Shown here: positions 26,445 to 40,900 of the stretch, in pieces
Numbering within the stretch: the first letter of the stretch is position 1
How the letters are laid out: every line of letters starts with the position of its first letter
Source: Iphione sp. A-MEVVRFRX5
Lineage: Eukaryota
Assembly (NCBI GenBank): GCA_976226885.1
Contig: OZ320321.1
Span: 19,530,001-19,594,000 of the forward strand
Length of the DNA stretch: 64,000 bases
Direction: 5' to 3'
Position numbers and translations under genes: made by a program
The notes under the pieces: generated by a model
Told to the model about the DNA's origin: nothing
The model's database searches: none
Seen by the model: the letters and a program-made list of their open reading frames with translations, nothing else

Positions 26445-26745
26445 ACAAATGTTTCAGTGAAGTAGTTTACGAAATGTGTGTATGAGTGTGTGTGTGTTCG
26501 TCTATGAAATATAACACCTAGTAGCCCACCCTTTGAACTCTTCAGCTCCAAAGATGATTCATGGAGGGTGATTGCATGCCTTCTGTTCCAATGGTTATCC
26601 CTGGACAAATGTTTCAATGAAATAGTTTATGAAGTGTGTATGTCTGTGTATGAAAAATAGCACCTAGTAGCCCACCCTTCAGTTCCTCCCCCCCAAAACC
26701 TCTTCAGTTCCTAAAGGTGATTCATAGAGGGCGATTGCTTGTCCG
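26445..26745. repeat. ~160-bp tandem duplication
   Basis: ACAAATGTTTCA at 26445 and 26605; both copies contain CACCTAGTAGCCCACCCTT and GATTCAT(G/A)GAGGG(T/C)GATTGC. Confidence 0.8.
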
Positions 26746-28133
26746 AGGTGAGTGGCCTGCCAATGCTATGTGCGGATAATCCACGTCGGCGCTCCGTTAG
26801 AAAACGATGATTGCTGAAGATGCGGAAGACATATTGCCCACAAAATGTTCTCCCCAACTTGATTATGTCGGTGGCTCTCCCTATGCATACGACGTTGCTA
26901 TAGTAATCTAGATAAGTGACTTGTGGCAATGCTGCGGCTACGCTAATTTAATCCCATGCCTATTTGATCATAGTCTGTAAGATTATTTTGTGAATTTGTT
27001 CCATATTTCATCGTCCACAAATACATGGCTTCCCGCTGAGAGAGGTGCTTCGAATGCAGGAGTTCCTCACGTCGTTCGAAAATCTCATATATTTAATATG
27101 CATGGCTCGTCTACGTATTCACGGTTCCTTTTTATTATGTTGTCTGCTCGATTGAATACGTAAATGTATACATTTTAAGAAACACTATATAATGTATACA
27201 AATCATCCTTGAAAAAAAAACGCTGCCTTCGAGGGATGTAGTTTGAGATATAAAGAGGGCGGGGGGGGGGAGGGGAAGGGGAACTGCCGCTGGCTGTAGA
27301 TGTTCCAGACATAATGTCAAGATGAGCTTCCCTCGCTGATCTGCAGTACTCAAAATTGTCATCGCGAGATGCAGATATGTCAGCTAGTCCCTTCACATCT
27401 CATATCTCTTCACGCTCTCACGCACTACAAAGACAAGAGTCCTTGTGATGGGCTCAAAGCTTTGGTACTACATGTATAGTAGACACTTGCCCCAGCGCAT
27501 TTGACCTCGGTCCTGATGGGGTATGTCGTATTGATTTCAAACTGGCTATTAAAGTGCTATTTTTAGACGGTACGATTAACCCCTCTCCCCCCGGAATAAC
27601 CTCTAGAGAATATTATTTCCTGGATCTAAAGTATTCTGTGTAAATTGAGCAGAAAATACAACATTGACCCAAAATAATATCTGCGGGGAATGAATAGCTG
27701 TTATAAGCAGGGGGACAGCAGACCTTCTCTGCACTGTCTACTAATGACTAATAAATATTCCATACATATTCAAGCATCTAATCTTGATCTCCATGGAAAC
27801 AATATCTCACGAAGCCCCGAATAGAGAGCCATCTCAGCTATATAAACACACGTGGTCTATTTATACCTCAGCAGCACCAGGTAATTGGCCAAATTTCCTG
27901 GAAACGTTGACCAATCGACGCGGTCAGACGCTAAATATTAGGAAGAATCCCGACGTGGGTTTGCTCGTTTATTTAAGCAATACCCAGTGCCAGACCAATA
28001 GTTAGTGTTACTGCCGAAGTTGACCTGATCCCTACCTTCACCGTGTGGCCATTATGCTCGTCTGTGGGCAAATACATTTTTCATACCGAGATGACGTCTG
28101 TGGCTGCCGCGTGATGTATGTGATTACTAGAAG

Positions 28134-28137
<4 letters not shown>

Positions 28138-28170
<33 letters not shown>
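28138..28170. repeat. (GT)n microsatellite
   Basis: Directly visible. Confidence 0.95.
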
Positions 28171-28172
<2 letters not shown>

Positions 28173-29699
28173 TGAGGGGGTGATGGATTACCTGGATAAG
28201 CCATCGATTCCCTGTGTGAGCGAGATACAATATATCTTATCCTTTTGGCTAGGATCATATTGATCACACACACGCCTGGCATACCAACCACCAAGAGAGG
28301 GGGGGGGGAAGAGTGGCCCATGGCCAAGTTATATATATATATATATATCGCCCTAATATCCAAATCAATCACAATCTCTCCCCCCCCATGAATACAGTGC
28401 GACATTACGTTGTTTGAAGTTTTTTTCGAATTCTTTCTTTCCACTACTTGTCACTGGACGGAGGTGGCACAAATTGCTCAGATAATACGCCAGGGGGGGG
28501 GGGGGGCGTCCCTTGGCGCCTGATGACAGGGCAGGGTGATGGATGATGGTCATGTAGGGGGAGGGGGGGCACCTCCGCATGTCTGGAAAGCTCCAGTGTG
28601 TGGGGTCTTCTGTGGCGTCGTGTGCAGGACGCCAGAGAATGCCAGGCCCACCACCCTCGCCCCATCCTCCCCTCCCCCACTCCCACCAGCGCTAACAGAT
28701 GTACAAGGACGCTCAAGTGGGCGCCCCCGTAACTGTTTATAAACTTTTACTCGGACAGAGAGCCAACTTGTTCTCGGGGGTGCTTAAGGTGGTGCCCGGC
28801 TTCTCGTCTGAGCACTAGGAGGCTAGAGGTAGACTATAGTCAAGGAAAGTTACACTGATATAAAAAAAAATCTTAAACGAGCATATCAGATGTAGGCCCT
28901 TTTGAGTCATTCTGATAAATCGTGCCACATTTATGATACATCTGTTTTGGTAGAATGGTGACAAGGTGACGTGTACACGTTACATCTATAGGAGACTGAA
29001 TATAACCGCTCTGTTTATTTACGTTTGCGTGTAAGCATGCACGGCCGGGTGTGAGGCCTGTCTGTAGAGAGGGAATCTCCTATTACTGCACTTCGTAAAT
29101 GCCCTCCAGACCACTTCTCGGGGGGGGGGGGGTTGGTAAAAGCAGCACAGCAGCGTCTGGATCGCTTCCAGAACGAAAATAATGAGGCGGTCAGGCATCA
29201 TTCACTCATGCTCTGACGGGTTGATGCAACTCATCCAAACGTGAAAGCGAAGGAGGTAGAGGGGGCTGGGGTCAAACGAAAGAAAACGGTATCCCCCGTG
29301 GGAAGAGGCGTAGCCAACTCTGGAGGACGGGGGAGGGGGGAGGGGAGAACACTGCTCTAATGATAAGTGATTATGCTGTGTTGTGCCAGTGCAATTGACG
29401 AGGCCCTAAATGAGAGAGGAAAGCAAAAGAGGACCGGAGGAGGCGGTGTACATTTAGGGCAATCTTTGAAATGATGAGACAGCTGCAAAGCTGCTCAGAC
29501 ATATGTGTCAGCAAGTAATGATTTCCGCATGCTGCTGGTTCTTCCGTTAACCAAAACCCATCTTAATAATCCTGTAAAGCACAAGTGAAATATATATGCT
29601 TCACTGGGAAAAAATGACACCGTTTTAGAAAAGGGAAAAACCTATCCACAGCTAGGGTGCACATCTCAACAGTGAGCGCACAAGTGCAAGGGAAATACC

Positions 29700-31433
29700 A
29701 AGACCACCACCACCACCACATAGCTACACCGGGTTCTGTCAGTCTCTGTGACTGCTGCCGCTGCTCATTGAGAGAGCGAGAGAGAGACGGAGCTGCTCGC
29801 CAATCTGTCAGTGGTGGAGCAGCTCGGCCAGAAGCTGTGGATGGGCGCGTGTTGAAACCCGAGTCTCCGCCTCGCCTCGCCGCTGTTGCTGCCGCCGCTG
29901 TTACTTGCCGACTCCAGAGAACTCAAAACCTAAAGTGCCGCCACCACCGCCTGCACACCCTGTCGAGTCACTCCGACCGACCGAGATCCTGAAGACACAG
30001 GAGGCACCGCGAGCTAGTGTGGTAGTAGTAGTAGTAGTCACTATACAAGTTGACACGTGGGATTTTAGGTGGGAGCTGTTCTGACTTTCGGCGGACAGCT
30101 CTTCCTATACGATGCAGGAGCCACCATGTAGAGAGGATTAACGTCGGTCGGGGAGGAAGGAGAAGAAGAAGAAACAAACCTATATAGGAGGATGATCCTT
30201 CACTGCCCCACCGTGGTAGATCGGTCCGTGTCTACCCGGGCCGGTTGAGGACCTCGACGGCGCTAAGGGGGGGGGGGGGGACAACGGACAAAAACCACAG
30301 GAGAGATCAGCCACAGGAGAGATCAGCAGCCAAGCACACCCCGAGCCACCTCCAACCACCGCCGCTCTTACGACCAGTGACTATCATTATATCGTGTATA
30401 TCTGCAGAGCGACTGGCGGATTCTGCTGCTCCTGTACAGTCACATCTCCCCCTCTGCCGCCGCTGCCGCCTCTGCTGGAGCTGCTGGGGCTGGAGTTCAT
30501 TGCAGTTCATAACGAAGACAGCCACCTAAAGCGGTTTACTCCCCCCCCCCATCCCCACCCCCCTTGGGATGCTCTCTAGCTGTTTTGCGGCAGGGAGGGA
30601 GGGAGGAGGAGAGATGAGGACACACAGCCGCCTCCACGGGCGCCCCGGAAGGGGGGCAGGTAGAATATCCTCCTCCATTCGCTGCCCACCAGGCGGCGCT
30701 GGGATCAATAAAGGTGCAGTGGGCGGGGCGTAGGAGGAGGAGGAGCGGGAAGATTGGCCCCCTGCCGTGCTGTTTGTTGTCTTGCGGACCCCTGTAAGGC
30801 ACGTGGTAGCGCTCAACAGCGACTGCGCCGGCTCGAGCAAAGCGATTCCGCCACGGCGGGACACACCGGGAGCCACCGGCCGCTGCCGCCGCCGCCGCCG
30901 CCGGGGGAAACGGTCGTTTCTGCCGGGCGAGGGAGAAGCATTTCTCACACGGACGGAGGAGAACACGGTTGCATGTCAGTGGACTATCCGCCCCTGCAGT
31001 TAAGGACCAGAAGAGATGGGAGCCAGTGGAGGTTGACGGCAATGAAAATGTTTGTTGGCCACACACTCAACATGTTGGTATCCGGTTGACTTACTGGGAC
31101 TTAGGGAGAACGGGCTGATACAGATAGGAGGCAATGAAACGAGCTGGATGTGGTGACAAAATAAGTACGCTCTGTATATCCCCTTGGAGTCACATTCCAG
31201 AAAATGAAGCCAATGGGGTGAGAGTAAAAGACCACAGCGCACCAGCAGGCCGAGGTCATCAATAAGGTAACACGGCTCAGGAGTTCACGCTGCAAAAGTG
31301 AGCTGCGCATCATCGGCAAACGCTCTATAGGGTTCACACCCATCAAACGGAGCTGTAGGGTTATCAGATACAAGACACGACACGTGGTCTTCTTAATAGA
31401 TTGTCGTCAAGAGACCCACACACAAAAAAAGTC
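29700..31433 (+). promoter_or_regulatory. GC/CpG-rich putative promoter and 5' UTR region of the chitinase
   Basis: CpG-dense with (GCC)n runs and a GAGA tract (~29770), directly upstream of the inferred start codon. The TSS cannot be located from sequence. Confidence 0.45.
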
Positions 31434-31998
31434 ATGGAGCAGCGGCACGTTGGCCAGACCAACCACCACCACCACCACTACGAGGAGCAGCATTTGGACT
31501 TGCTCACTCACATCACCCTCAATGGTCAGTCGGGCCTGGGCCTGGAGAGCTGGAGGAGGCCTTTCTGGGGCGAGGGCATATTAGCGACGGCGGCGGCGGC
31601 GGCGGAGGGTCACTCTGGCCTACTACTGGAGAAGAAGGAGGGGGGCGGGGGGGTCATGCCCCTACACGACCCCTACCATGACCTTCACGCCGCCTCGCAT
31701 TCTGAGGGAGGAGGACGGCGACGACGAGGAGGAGGAGGAGGGGTAGGAGGGGGGCGTGTAGTTAACTGCCTGCATGGTTTACTCGCCCCCCTCGCCCACC
31801 TTTGGCGCCTCCGCCTTCTCCTCGTCCTGAGACGGCTGTTACCCGGCCGGCGCTGCGGTCGCGCCGTCGCCCTAATCGCCGCCGTGGCCGTCCTGGGACT
31901 ACTCCTGGATATCGCTTTGTTCGATGGCTCCCTGTTGAAGACACTATCGGCTCTAAAGAGCGCCGGGATGAGTACGCTGACCTTCAAGGCTATGGCAG
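31434..31998 (+). CDS. Chitinase exon 1 (inferred): cytoplasmic tail and transmembrane anchor
   Basis: AAAGTCATGG start context; 188 GC3-rich codons; hydrophobic [20 protein letters not shown] after an Arg-rich stretch. Donor GCAG|GTAAAT is phase 1, matching the exon 2 acceptor (G+AT=Asp). Linkage across the 13.7-kb intron is inferred. Confidence 0.7.
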
Positions 31999-34900
31999 GT
32001 AAATGACCTCTCCTCCCCCCGCCTCGCTCCCATCTTTTCGCATATATACCAAGGTGTCGGGCTATTCTTAGCGTTTTCCACTGAACACGGCCTTTGCCTT
32101 TTATCCTTGGTGTTGGGAGATGTCAAAGGTGGAAGACTATCAAACTGCAGCATCAATCAAAATTTAGCTACCTCTCGATTTATTGCAGACATAATAACAT
32201 ACGCTCTCACATTCAGACATGTTTCAGTCCTGACGTTACTTTATATAATGCTTTGTATCCGAAATATAACAAAGTTTGTTTTATTAATTCGGTTGTATGT
32301 CATATATTGTTCAGTCGTATGAATATATGAACTTTAACGTACGTGTTTTGGTGCTGGGCTTGTTTTATGAGAAGGGGTCAATTATACAGAACGTAAAACA
32401 ATATGGATAGACCCAGGGGGAGGACGTGTTACAATAAATCATTTTAGACCCTACGTTCACGAGATCGGAAAACAGAGTCCCACCTCTGGACTTGTTTTGA
32501 ATGAGAGAAAAATATCCCGGGTTGACATCAGTAAATCAATGAAATCGGATGTGATTAGAGATGAAAGGAAGAGTTATTCTTTGCTAAGTGAACTCGTGGC
32601 GTGAACCAACCCCCACCCCCAACCAACACCCCCCCCACACACACACACGCACACACAAATACTTGCAGGTGGCTCCCATCATTTTAGATATCGCACCTTG
32701 ACTGTACGCAACCCTTTCGGAGTCCCCCTGCAGATATTTTACACCTGCCTCTCTTGTGAGACAAGCCTATAGGTCCTTTCAGTCTAAACATTCCTGCGCA
32801 GCTGTCCGTTTCGTCACTGCCATCACCTCGTGTATATCATGGAGATGGAATACATGACAGCCTCGAGGCTCTATAGGTTCCTAATCAGACTTCTCCCGTG
32901 AGGAGCTGCAGTCGCCCCCCCCCGACTTTACATCCAGAGCCAGCCTTGTCCGAGCGTGGTGGATATATACTCTAAGGCCCTGTTCACATACAACCGGACC
33001 AAAAATCCGTCCCCGGACATGGGGACGGACAAAACCCCCTGCAGAGGACGCTGTAAATTGGTTACATATGGGTAGCAGAGGTCTCTTCAGCATTGTCTCT
33101 ATAGGAATCCACGTCCGGGTCCGGACAAAACCCACGGTCAATGGATTGAGATTACGTGTCTGCACGCGGACGCAGAAATGTCCAGACATATGTGAATGGG
33201 TATAATGATAAGAGATGGTTGGGAGAAAAACCGCACAGTGTCTGGACGTGGCAAGGAAAAATCTGGTTATATGTGAACAACCCCTAAGAGCTCCTTGCAC
33301 TAAAATTGAGTTTGCCAGGTACTGCCAGGCGGCGGACCGGCCGCCGCTCGCTCACGCTTCAAGCACGCTCACTGGAAACACCTGGCCCGATGTGATGATT
33401 GCAGAGAAGGCCCCGGTGATGGCTGGGACTGCCTCACTTACAGACGCGGCGGCGTTAAATGTCTCTGCGGCGGTCATGTTGAAGGCCTGTACAGACTATA
33501 GAAGTCTCTTCTCGCTACAAGACTATACTGAACATTTTAAAAATAGGTTGTACACCGGCCCGTCGTAGCATTCTTGCATGAGGAAAGCCGATTTCAAACA
33601 CACGTTACACATCGATTTCAAGTACACGTACACAACAGAATTGATTTTTTATTAAATCGGGAGATGTTTTGTGGAGAGAGTCCTTTCGTGATAGCTAGCT
33701 GTGCGTGTTACAACCAAAGAGTGATAAGCAGTCAGTATTTATCACTCCAGGTTGCAGTAGCAGTGATTTTGGAGTAGGATGCTAATGGTGCTTTTAGTAT
33801 GGGATCCGATGGACAATCAATTAATCAAGTGGGATTGTTTGTTGCTATTAACGGCATTCATATTTTGCTCAGGCGAGGAAATGATTCGTTCATGTACCTG
33901 TATACTGAACACATGCCTTGCTGTTTTGTCCCCGGGTGAGGATGTACCATGTTGAATTTACTTGCTAATCAACTCCTATCGTCTCGAAGTCTAGACCTTG
34001 GTGTGCACATAGGCATTCCCCTCCAGTAGATCATACAGGGCCTTCTCTCTTTTTTTAAACCTTGTTAGCAGATACGAATTTTTGGCTTCTCAGTCAGTTT
34101 CAGGACAAAACCGAAATCGGTATGTGGCTTCTTTCTTGTCAGTCCATTTGTTATAGCTTATCTCTGACCCTGCAAGCATGCATTTTTTTCTCCTTTCCTT
34201 ATGAATTAAAGGTGTCTTACCGACGGTCTGGTACATTCAATGCAGATTCCGACTCTCTCCACTATGGAGGGGGAAGGCGAATCGTTTGAGTGCATCCTAT
34301 AGTTGCACCTGTATACCTCTATACAATCCACATCCTTTCTTCGGGGTGGGCGGTGGGGGTGGTGGAGGGGGGCTGCAATGCCTCTATATTGTGTTTCTAT
34401 ATTTTGCAGAGAAAGCTGAGCCGACACAAACGGCTCAAGTCGGGCCCAAGATGGAATCCGCTCGTTCTTTAGTAGCACAAAGGAGGAATGCTCCATTGAT
34501 AGTGAGATCAGACGAATGTTTATATCTCTCTCGTCTTGCTTATGCTTTTCATTAGGGTTACTGCAGCTCTGTGATAACAGACACGTGTATAACGCAGATG
34601 AAAGAGACTGTAGTTCATATCACACTATTAGACTATTCACCATACAAATGGTACAGTACTATAAGAAATGATAGGTTTGCTCAGCTTGCTTTTTGTTACC
34701 TTTTACTACATGATGCATCATCGTACAGTCATGAAGTTGTTGTCAGCGAACTGAAGAAACACAGCTCTTCCAAGTTTTGTTGTGAGGTTTAGTGAAACAT
34801 CCTAGCTGTGTTACGGTATGGCAACATAAGATTTGGCAAAGTGATATGTAGAGATCAATAGGCCTGCAGTCCCTACCAGCCCTCAGCACTGCTCAGACAA

Positions 34901-37900
34901 TTCCCAGCTCTGCCAGCTTTGGACATGGTATATATGCCCTCAAAAGGGCTTCATGGATTGAATCACAAAACCATATGACATTTCTAAAGGTTTCTAAAAG
35001 TACTACAAACCTTAAAATCCAAGTCTGGGGTCTATAAAGATGATTTTTATGGCCTCTTCCTAATTTGCAAACAGTTGGAGTTTGCATTATAAGAGACAAC
35101 CATGACTTATATCATCAGCTTTTCAATGTCTTTGGGAGATGTGCCTAAGCCTCTGCTACCGAGTCAAGTGGTTAACCAGTGCTGTTTACCCCTGTTTTGT
35201 TACTCTGTGTTTGTTAGGTTGCTATGGTCACATGGCTTGAGGTCTACCTGTGCAGTTTTTGTCCGCATAATTTAGCTAACTTCTATTAATGTTCAACGTT
35301 TCTGCATGTGTCTCACGAGGCACCTTTATTATGGTAGAGAATTTTCGTGTGAATTCATTTTTACAATAATTGTGATGTCTAACACTTTAATGACTCCAGC
35401 CGTCATTAGGCTAAACACATCAGACAGGTACACCACATATTGTGTCTTAATAGCCCTACTGTCCTAAATACATTAGTAGGTTTGACATTTGTTATTGTAA
35501 CTTAAACAGAACTTTCATACTACTCGTAAGTCAGGCCCAAATTTGCTACACATTGTTACAGTACTGGCAGAGCAAATCGTCAAATACAGTACCATTATTA
35601 ACATTGCAAACATTTATATGATAGAGTAAGTTAACAGATACTCTTAAGTAATGGCAGTGTAATGATAATCAGTGCTGCCAGTACAGTGACATTATTTTAC
35701 AATAGAATATTTATATAAATAACACAACAAACCATTCATATAAGGATAAGGTACATAAAGTATATCAAATGTATTGTCAAATCTATTAGAGGAATGAGTA
35801 ACATTCAACATAAGTCATCAAATATATTATACCTTATTATGATTTCAATTTGCAATATAAAAGTAGAAGTCTGTCATTTACCAAACAGTATACGTATAAT
35901 GCTAATATTTACAAATTTGGAAGTATTGCTATAAAATCACATCCAAAATGTACTTGAAAACACGCAGCACAGTATTTTATGCATGGTCACCAACGTCAAC
36001 ATATACATCAATAACGAGGACATTTACGCGTTTCTCTTTTCCTTATGAATTCCATACGAACTAGTGCACAGTTTCTCTAGGATCCCTCATAGCTTGAATC
36101 GCATTTCTCCTTTCACTAATTAAAACACGAAGGTTGGGGAAGTCTGTACCATCTACTTGAGTGGCGATATCGTCATAACTGTGAATGTGTATTCTCTTTC
36201 AGTTTCACACGAAACGTTAATTAAGGGAGAGAGTTACCATTCAAAAGCCCCCAACTAATTGCCAAACAGCAGCTGCGCAAATGATGTCGCCGTAAACTTC
36301 AGCAGGTCTATATGTGTTATACAAAAGTACAGTGTACACGTGTTTTCTTCGGGAAAAACTTGACTCCCCAGTAACGCTGTACATGTGTTTCATTATTCTC
36401 CATTTTGAAAATAACTCCCACATTTTTGTACAGATAAATTTGAAAAGATACATATTGTTCTTCTCGTTTCCTCCATAGATGATTGAAAGAGGAGTCCGTA
36501 ACGAGAGGAAAGGCTAGGCCTATCTAATCCCCGAACAAAAAGCATAAATTCCACGTAGGTGGTCTGAGAAGAACACTATATAGATACAGATAGAACCTCC
36601 TCTCCCCCCCCTATGCAAGCCAGCCTTTTCCTTAATCCGCGGCCGTGAATAGCGTGGCTAATGATCCTCCATTGTCAGCACGCTGTTTTTTATTCTTGAG
36701 AAGATAGCCGGGGGAGGGGGAGAGAAAAAGTAAAGCACACGGCCGCATCCATCTTTACTGCTTAGGCGAAGTATATGTCTGGCTCACAACCAGGTGGGGA
36801 GGGATGCTAATTGGAAAGATCGGATAACGAGGCCGTCTTGTGTAGCTCCGTCAAACCCCAACCTCTAAGCCATTGATTGGGATATAGTTGCCGAGCGACG
36901 GAGGACCATTCTGTGATATACGCACAAAAAAAGCCTTTCAGGGTGTAATGAATATCCGCAAGGGAAAAAATTGCCTTCCTGAGGTAAATATCGGGACATT
37001 TTTTTTCTGTATCACCAATGTGCATATATACATAGGCACGCATTAATATCTCATCTATCTCTTTAAAGTACTTCCTAAGGTATTTTTCGCTTGCATGGAA
37101 CCAACTCATTCACCACAGGCCACCCAAGAGGTAAAAGCTCTGAGCATAGACTAAGTGGATTCCACATGCACTAACAGCTTTACATGGATCAATGCCTTAC
37201 ATGTGCTGACACACACCATTTTGAATTTTTCAATAAGGCCAAATTTATATACCTATATTTTTTTTACTTAAACAACACAGACATTGTTCTTTGATTGGTA
37301 CCTGTCCTCATAAGAAATAGACTGTGGCTGTGTTGTTTTAGGGCGAAAATAGACAACAGACGTGGCCATATGGAAATTGGGCCTTAGTGTGTACATGTAC
37401 CGGGGTATTCAGTTTTACTCATGGAACTAAGGAACTAAGGCTGTGCAGACGCTATGTTTTATGGACGGTATGTTTTATGGACCTTTTTTGTCGCAGTATA
37501 AGCGTGTGAAGAAAGCGAAAGGAAATACTGCGTTAAGATATAAAAGATCAAAGCTCCAGAGTTACATGTATTTGTACAGTAAAACCTTGCCAATGAGACT
37601 ACCCTAGGTTCTTCTTTGCTAAAGTAGTCCTATTAATGGGTGATCCCATTTCTGATTTTCTTTCCATATTTTGAGTACACTCACGTAAACTCTGGTTAAG
37701 TTAAACCATGCCTATGACCAGTTCAAATAACCATCTTAAAACAACTGACAAAGGATATAGTAACTTCAGTACAGAAAAGCAGAGAATTGAATATAGTTTT
37801 AAGGTGCTACAAGGTGAGATTTCATCAAAGGAAGAATGAGCAAGTCCTAGTAGATGTGAGCTATTCAGTTACTGCCGTTGTACACTGTTATAGGTGTTCT

Positions 37901-40900
37901 TCAAGGTGCTAATCCTTGCTTGGTGACAGCTTTGATGGTTCCCACTTCCTTACACACATCCTGCCACACTTCCTATTGTACGAATGTGCCAGTGTTCCCT
38001 TCCACGACTTCCCCACCTGTATTTCAGATTGCTGACTGCTGGACCTCTTTTAAATTTATTTCGTCTCCATCTGTCTAAGAGTAGTATCATTTGTGAGATT
38101 ATATGATCTTTTCATAAGTGGTCCAAGGTGAGGTTGGTTCCTCTATTGAGACTTTACAAAACATCAAATACAGGAAAATATCTTGAAAATCTTTGAAAAT
38201 CTGGATTGCTCCCCATTTGGAGGTGGTCCCTGAGAGGTTTTCTACTATTTGTAGGAACAGGAAGGTTTGTGCTCGCAAATAAGAACGCTTAAAAATGGTA
38301 AAATAAAATCCACAACTCAATCAGGTGAGATTTTTTCTGCTTCCGTGGTATTACAGGTTCGTAAACGCGATTGAATGGCTTATCACACTGTAGTTTGGAT
38401 AAAGTGTTTTAAACCTTATACTTGGTTAATGTTCGTACAAACAACAAATCCCATACCAAAAGCCTTAGTAATTTTTTTATCTTTTCTCTGACCCTGCAAA
38501 CTTTGTACTTCTTGTGCTGATCAAATCCATGCTACATATATAGACCTCTGTTGATTTTACATATCAGATGGTTGGGGATTATGCTATTGAGCCATATTAC
38601 AGAGGCACTGAATAAATGGAGTCTTCCTTCTCATACGCTTCAATCTTCACCATACTCTGTCATTTTACTAGCTTATGCATTCATACACCTGCTGACAAAA
38701 TCAATCTTTCCATTATACTTGCTGGTAATGATCTTAAGGAGGCGGCTCTAGGGTTCTATATAGTCATATACATGTATGAGGTCCACCTCCCTTTTTGCAG
38801 AGGAACTATTCTATTTTCCACGATGACATTTCGTTCACAAGAAAAACTGGGTCTACTGTACTCTCACGTGTTCGACTTCGATAAGCCAGCCCTGCAGGCC
38901 ATTGAAAAAAAACATCGTAAGCCATAATTGGCAGGCATATCTCCCAAGCCTTCCCTCAGATCTGCCTATCTGCACCCCAGTCAATGTTCGAATGACATCG
39001 TCCTGATCACGCAGGGGGAGGGGAGTTACATTGGACCACAGTGAGTCTAATAATAATCTTAGATCAATCTATATTGAACCACTACGAAGCTTATAGAAGG
39101 TGTGGAACAAAAATCTTTCATCGGGCAATATATAAATACTCCTGCGATTATTTTTGAATGTCTATTGCACTGTGGTTTAATTTGCATAATAAAGATGTCT
39201 TCTTTTACATATTATTATCATTATTATTCTGCCTCCCATTTCTCCGAGGTGTTGTGCAATCATCTATGACTGTGTAAACATAATGTTGAACTAGGATGCA
39301 ATGTTTCTCAAGCAGGATTCAGTACATATTTCATGTGGGTCTATTGGATAAAGCTTCGTCTACTTAGTCTTGTTACACACATTTCTAATTATGCCTCTCG
39401 ACTGTATCTTCTCGGGTTCACATGATCAAATTTCAAGACTAATGTATTCGACCAAATGTGCGAACCCCCCAAAGGGCAGATCTGCCATTTTTAGCAGCAG
39501 CTAGACTCTTTCGTCATGACAAATTCAGACTATGACCAATTCACTCTATGGCCATTTCCCTCTATGGCAATTTAAGCCCAGGATTAAATCCATGTCCAGT
39601 TCACTCCATAATCAATACATCAGTATGGGCAAACCACACCATTGCAACCCTGTCCTCTTTATCCCTGCCCCGCCATCCCTGGATACATCCGGCCATATCC
39701 CTATTCATATATCCCTACTCTTTTATCCCTACTCCTATATCCCTACTCGTATACCGCTATCCTTCAGCATTGTCTCAAAACCCCTGCTACCATACACTTC
39801 TCCTGCAACCCCAAGATTTACATCTCTACAATGTACTTCTATGCCTCCATCGTTCTGCAGCCTTTTCTCCATCTCCGTACCAATATATCCCTGCTGCTCT
39901 GACCCTGCTGGCATTACTGAAGCATATACATGTACACTCCCCTGGAGGAGGACAATTTCAAACATCTTATGCAGGAACTAAGAATAACTTTGAGTGCCTT
40001 TCGCGTTAATGAAACATGTAATCCCCAGTCCAACAACAATTCCAGGTATCTTTTGTATTAACGAAGCATGTGATCCTCAGGAAAGGGCAATTTCAAGGAT
40101 CTTTTGCATTTATCAAGCAATTACCATCAGGAAAAGGACCCATTCAACTTCTTTTTGTATCCTGCTGCCCTCTCCCCCCAGGGTTATGAAATCGGTCACG
40201 GAGAAAGTAGGTCATAGAGCAAGTTAGTGTGTGATTTCATCATGCTTTGTGTGAATAGGCGATGGTGCCAAGTAGCAAGTTCGCAGAATTGGTACAATAC
40301 AGACAGAAACTGCCCTAACATATCTCATATTCTCTTTTCTTACTTTTCACAGTCATTGAGTCACATCAACTTTGGTGTCCCATTCCATCACGTGTATGTA
40401 GAAAAAATATGGCTTAATATCCATGTGCGCATGTTTTCGCAGCCATTGCAGTGTGTTTTCACATTGGTTTGGGGGAACATAGGATAACAGTAGGAGTGTT
40501 TCCATGAATATGTGTAGCGTGTATTGTGTATCATGTATGAATGTAGGATGATCCTTAGATTGAGTAAAGTCCCAATTCACCATGTTTTCACAGTCATTAA
40601 TGTTTTAAATAGGAACTATGGTAATTCATTGGGGTGATACGTGATGGAACACACTACATATGACAACGGCAACACGGTTGTGACTTTTCATGGCATCATG
40701 GCCTTATCAGAACATGCTACACACTACACACATACATGGAAATTACGGCTAAGTCCCTCCCCAGTCTGCACACATGGAAAGCACCTCTCCAGAGAGATCC
40801 AGAAGGGTCCGGAAAATCAGCCAAAATTTCCAATTACAGAAAAATATATGCACACATGGAAAGCTGGCCTAAGTTACCAAGGATGGAATAATACTGTGAT

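Noticed and set aside
30526-31066. Minus-strand ORFs (146 and 176 aa) as a divergent gene
   Set aside because: They lie in GC-rich, stop-poor sequence with no recognisable domain and no linked exons.
37236-37383. Short Harbinger-like MITE
   Set aside because: The right end resembles the family C TIR, but the left match is weak and the flanks differ (TAA versus TTA).
37800-38950. Decayed LINE/Penelope coding fragment
   Set aside because: Translation of the segments examined gave no RT, endonuclease or GIY-YIG motifs.
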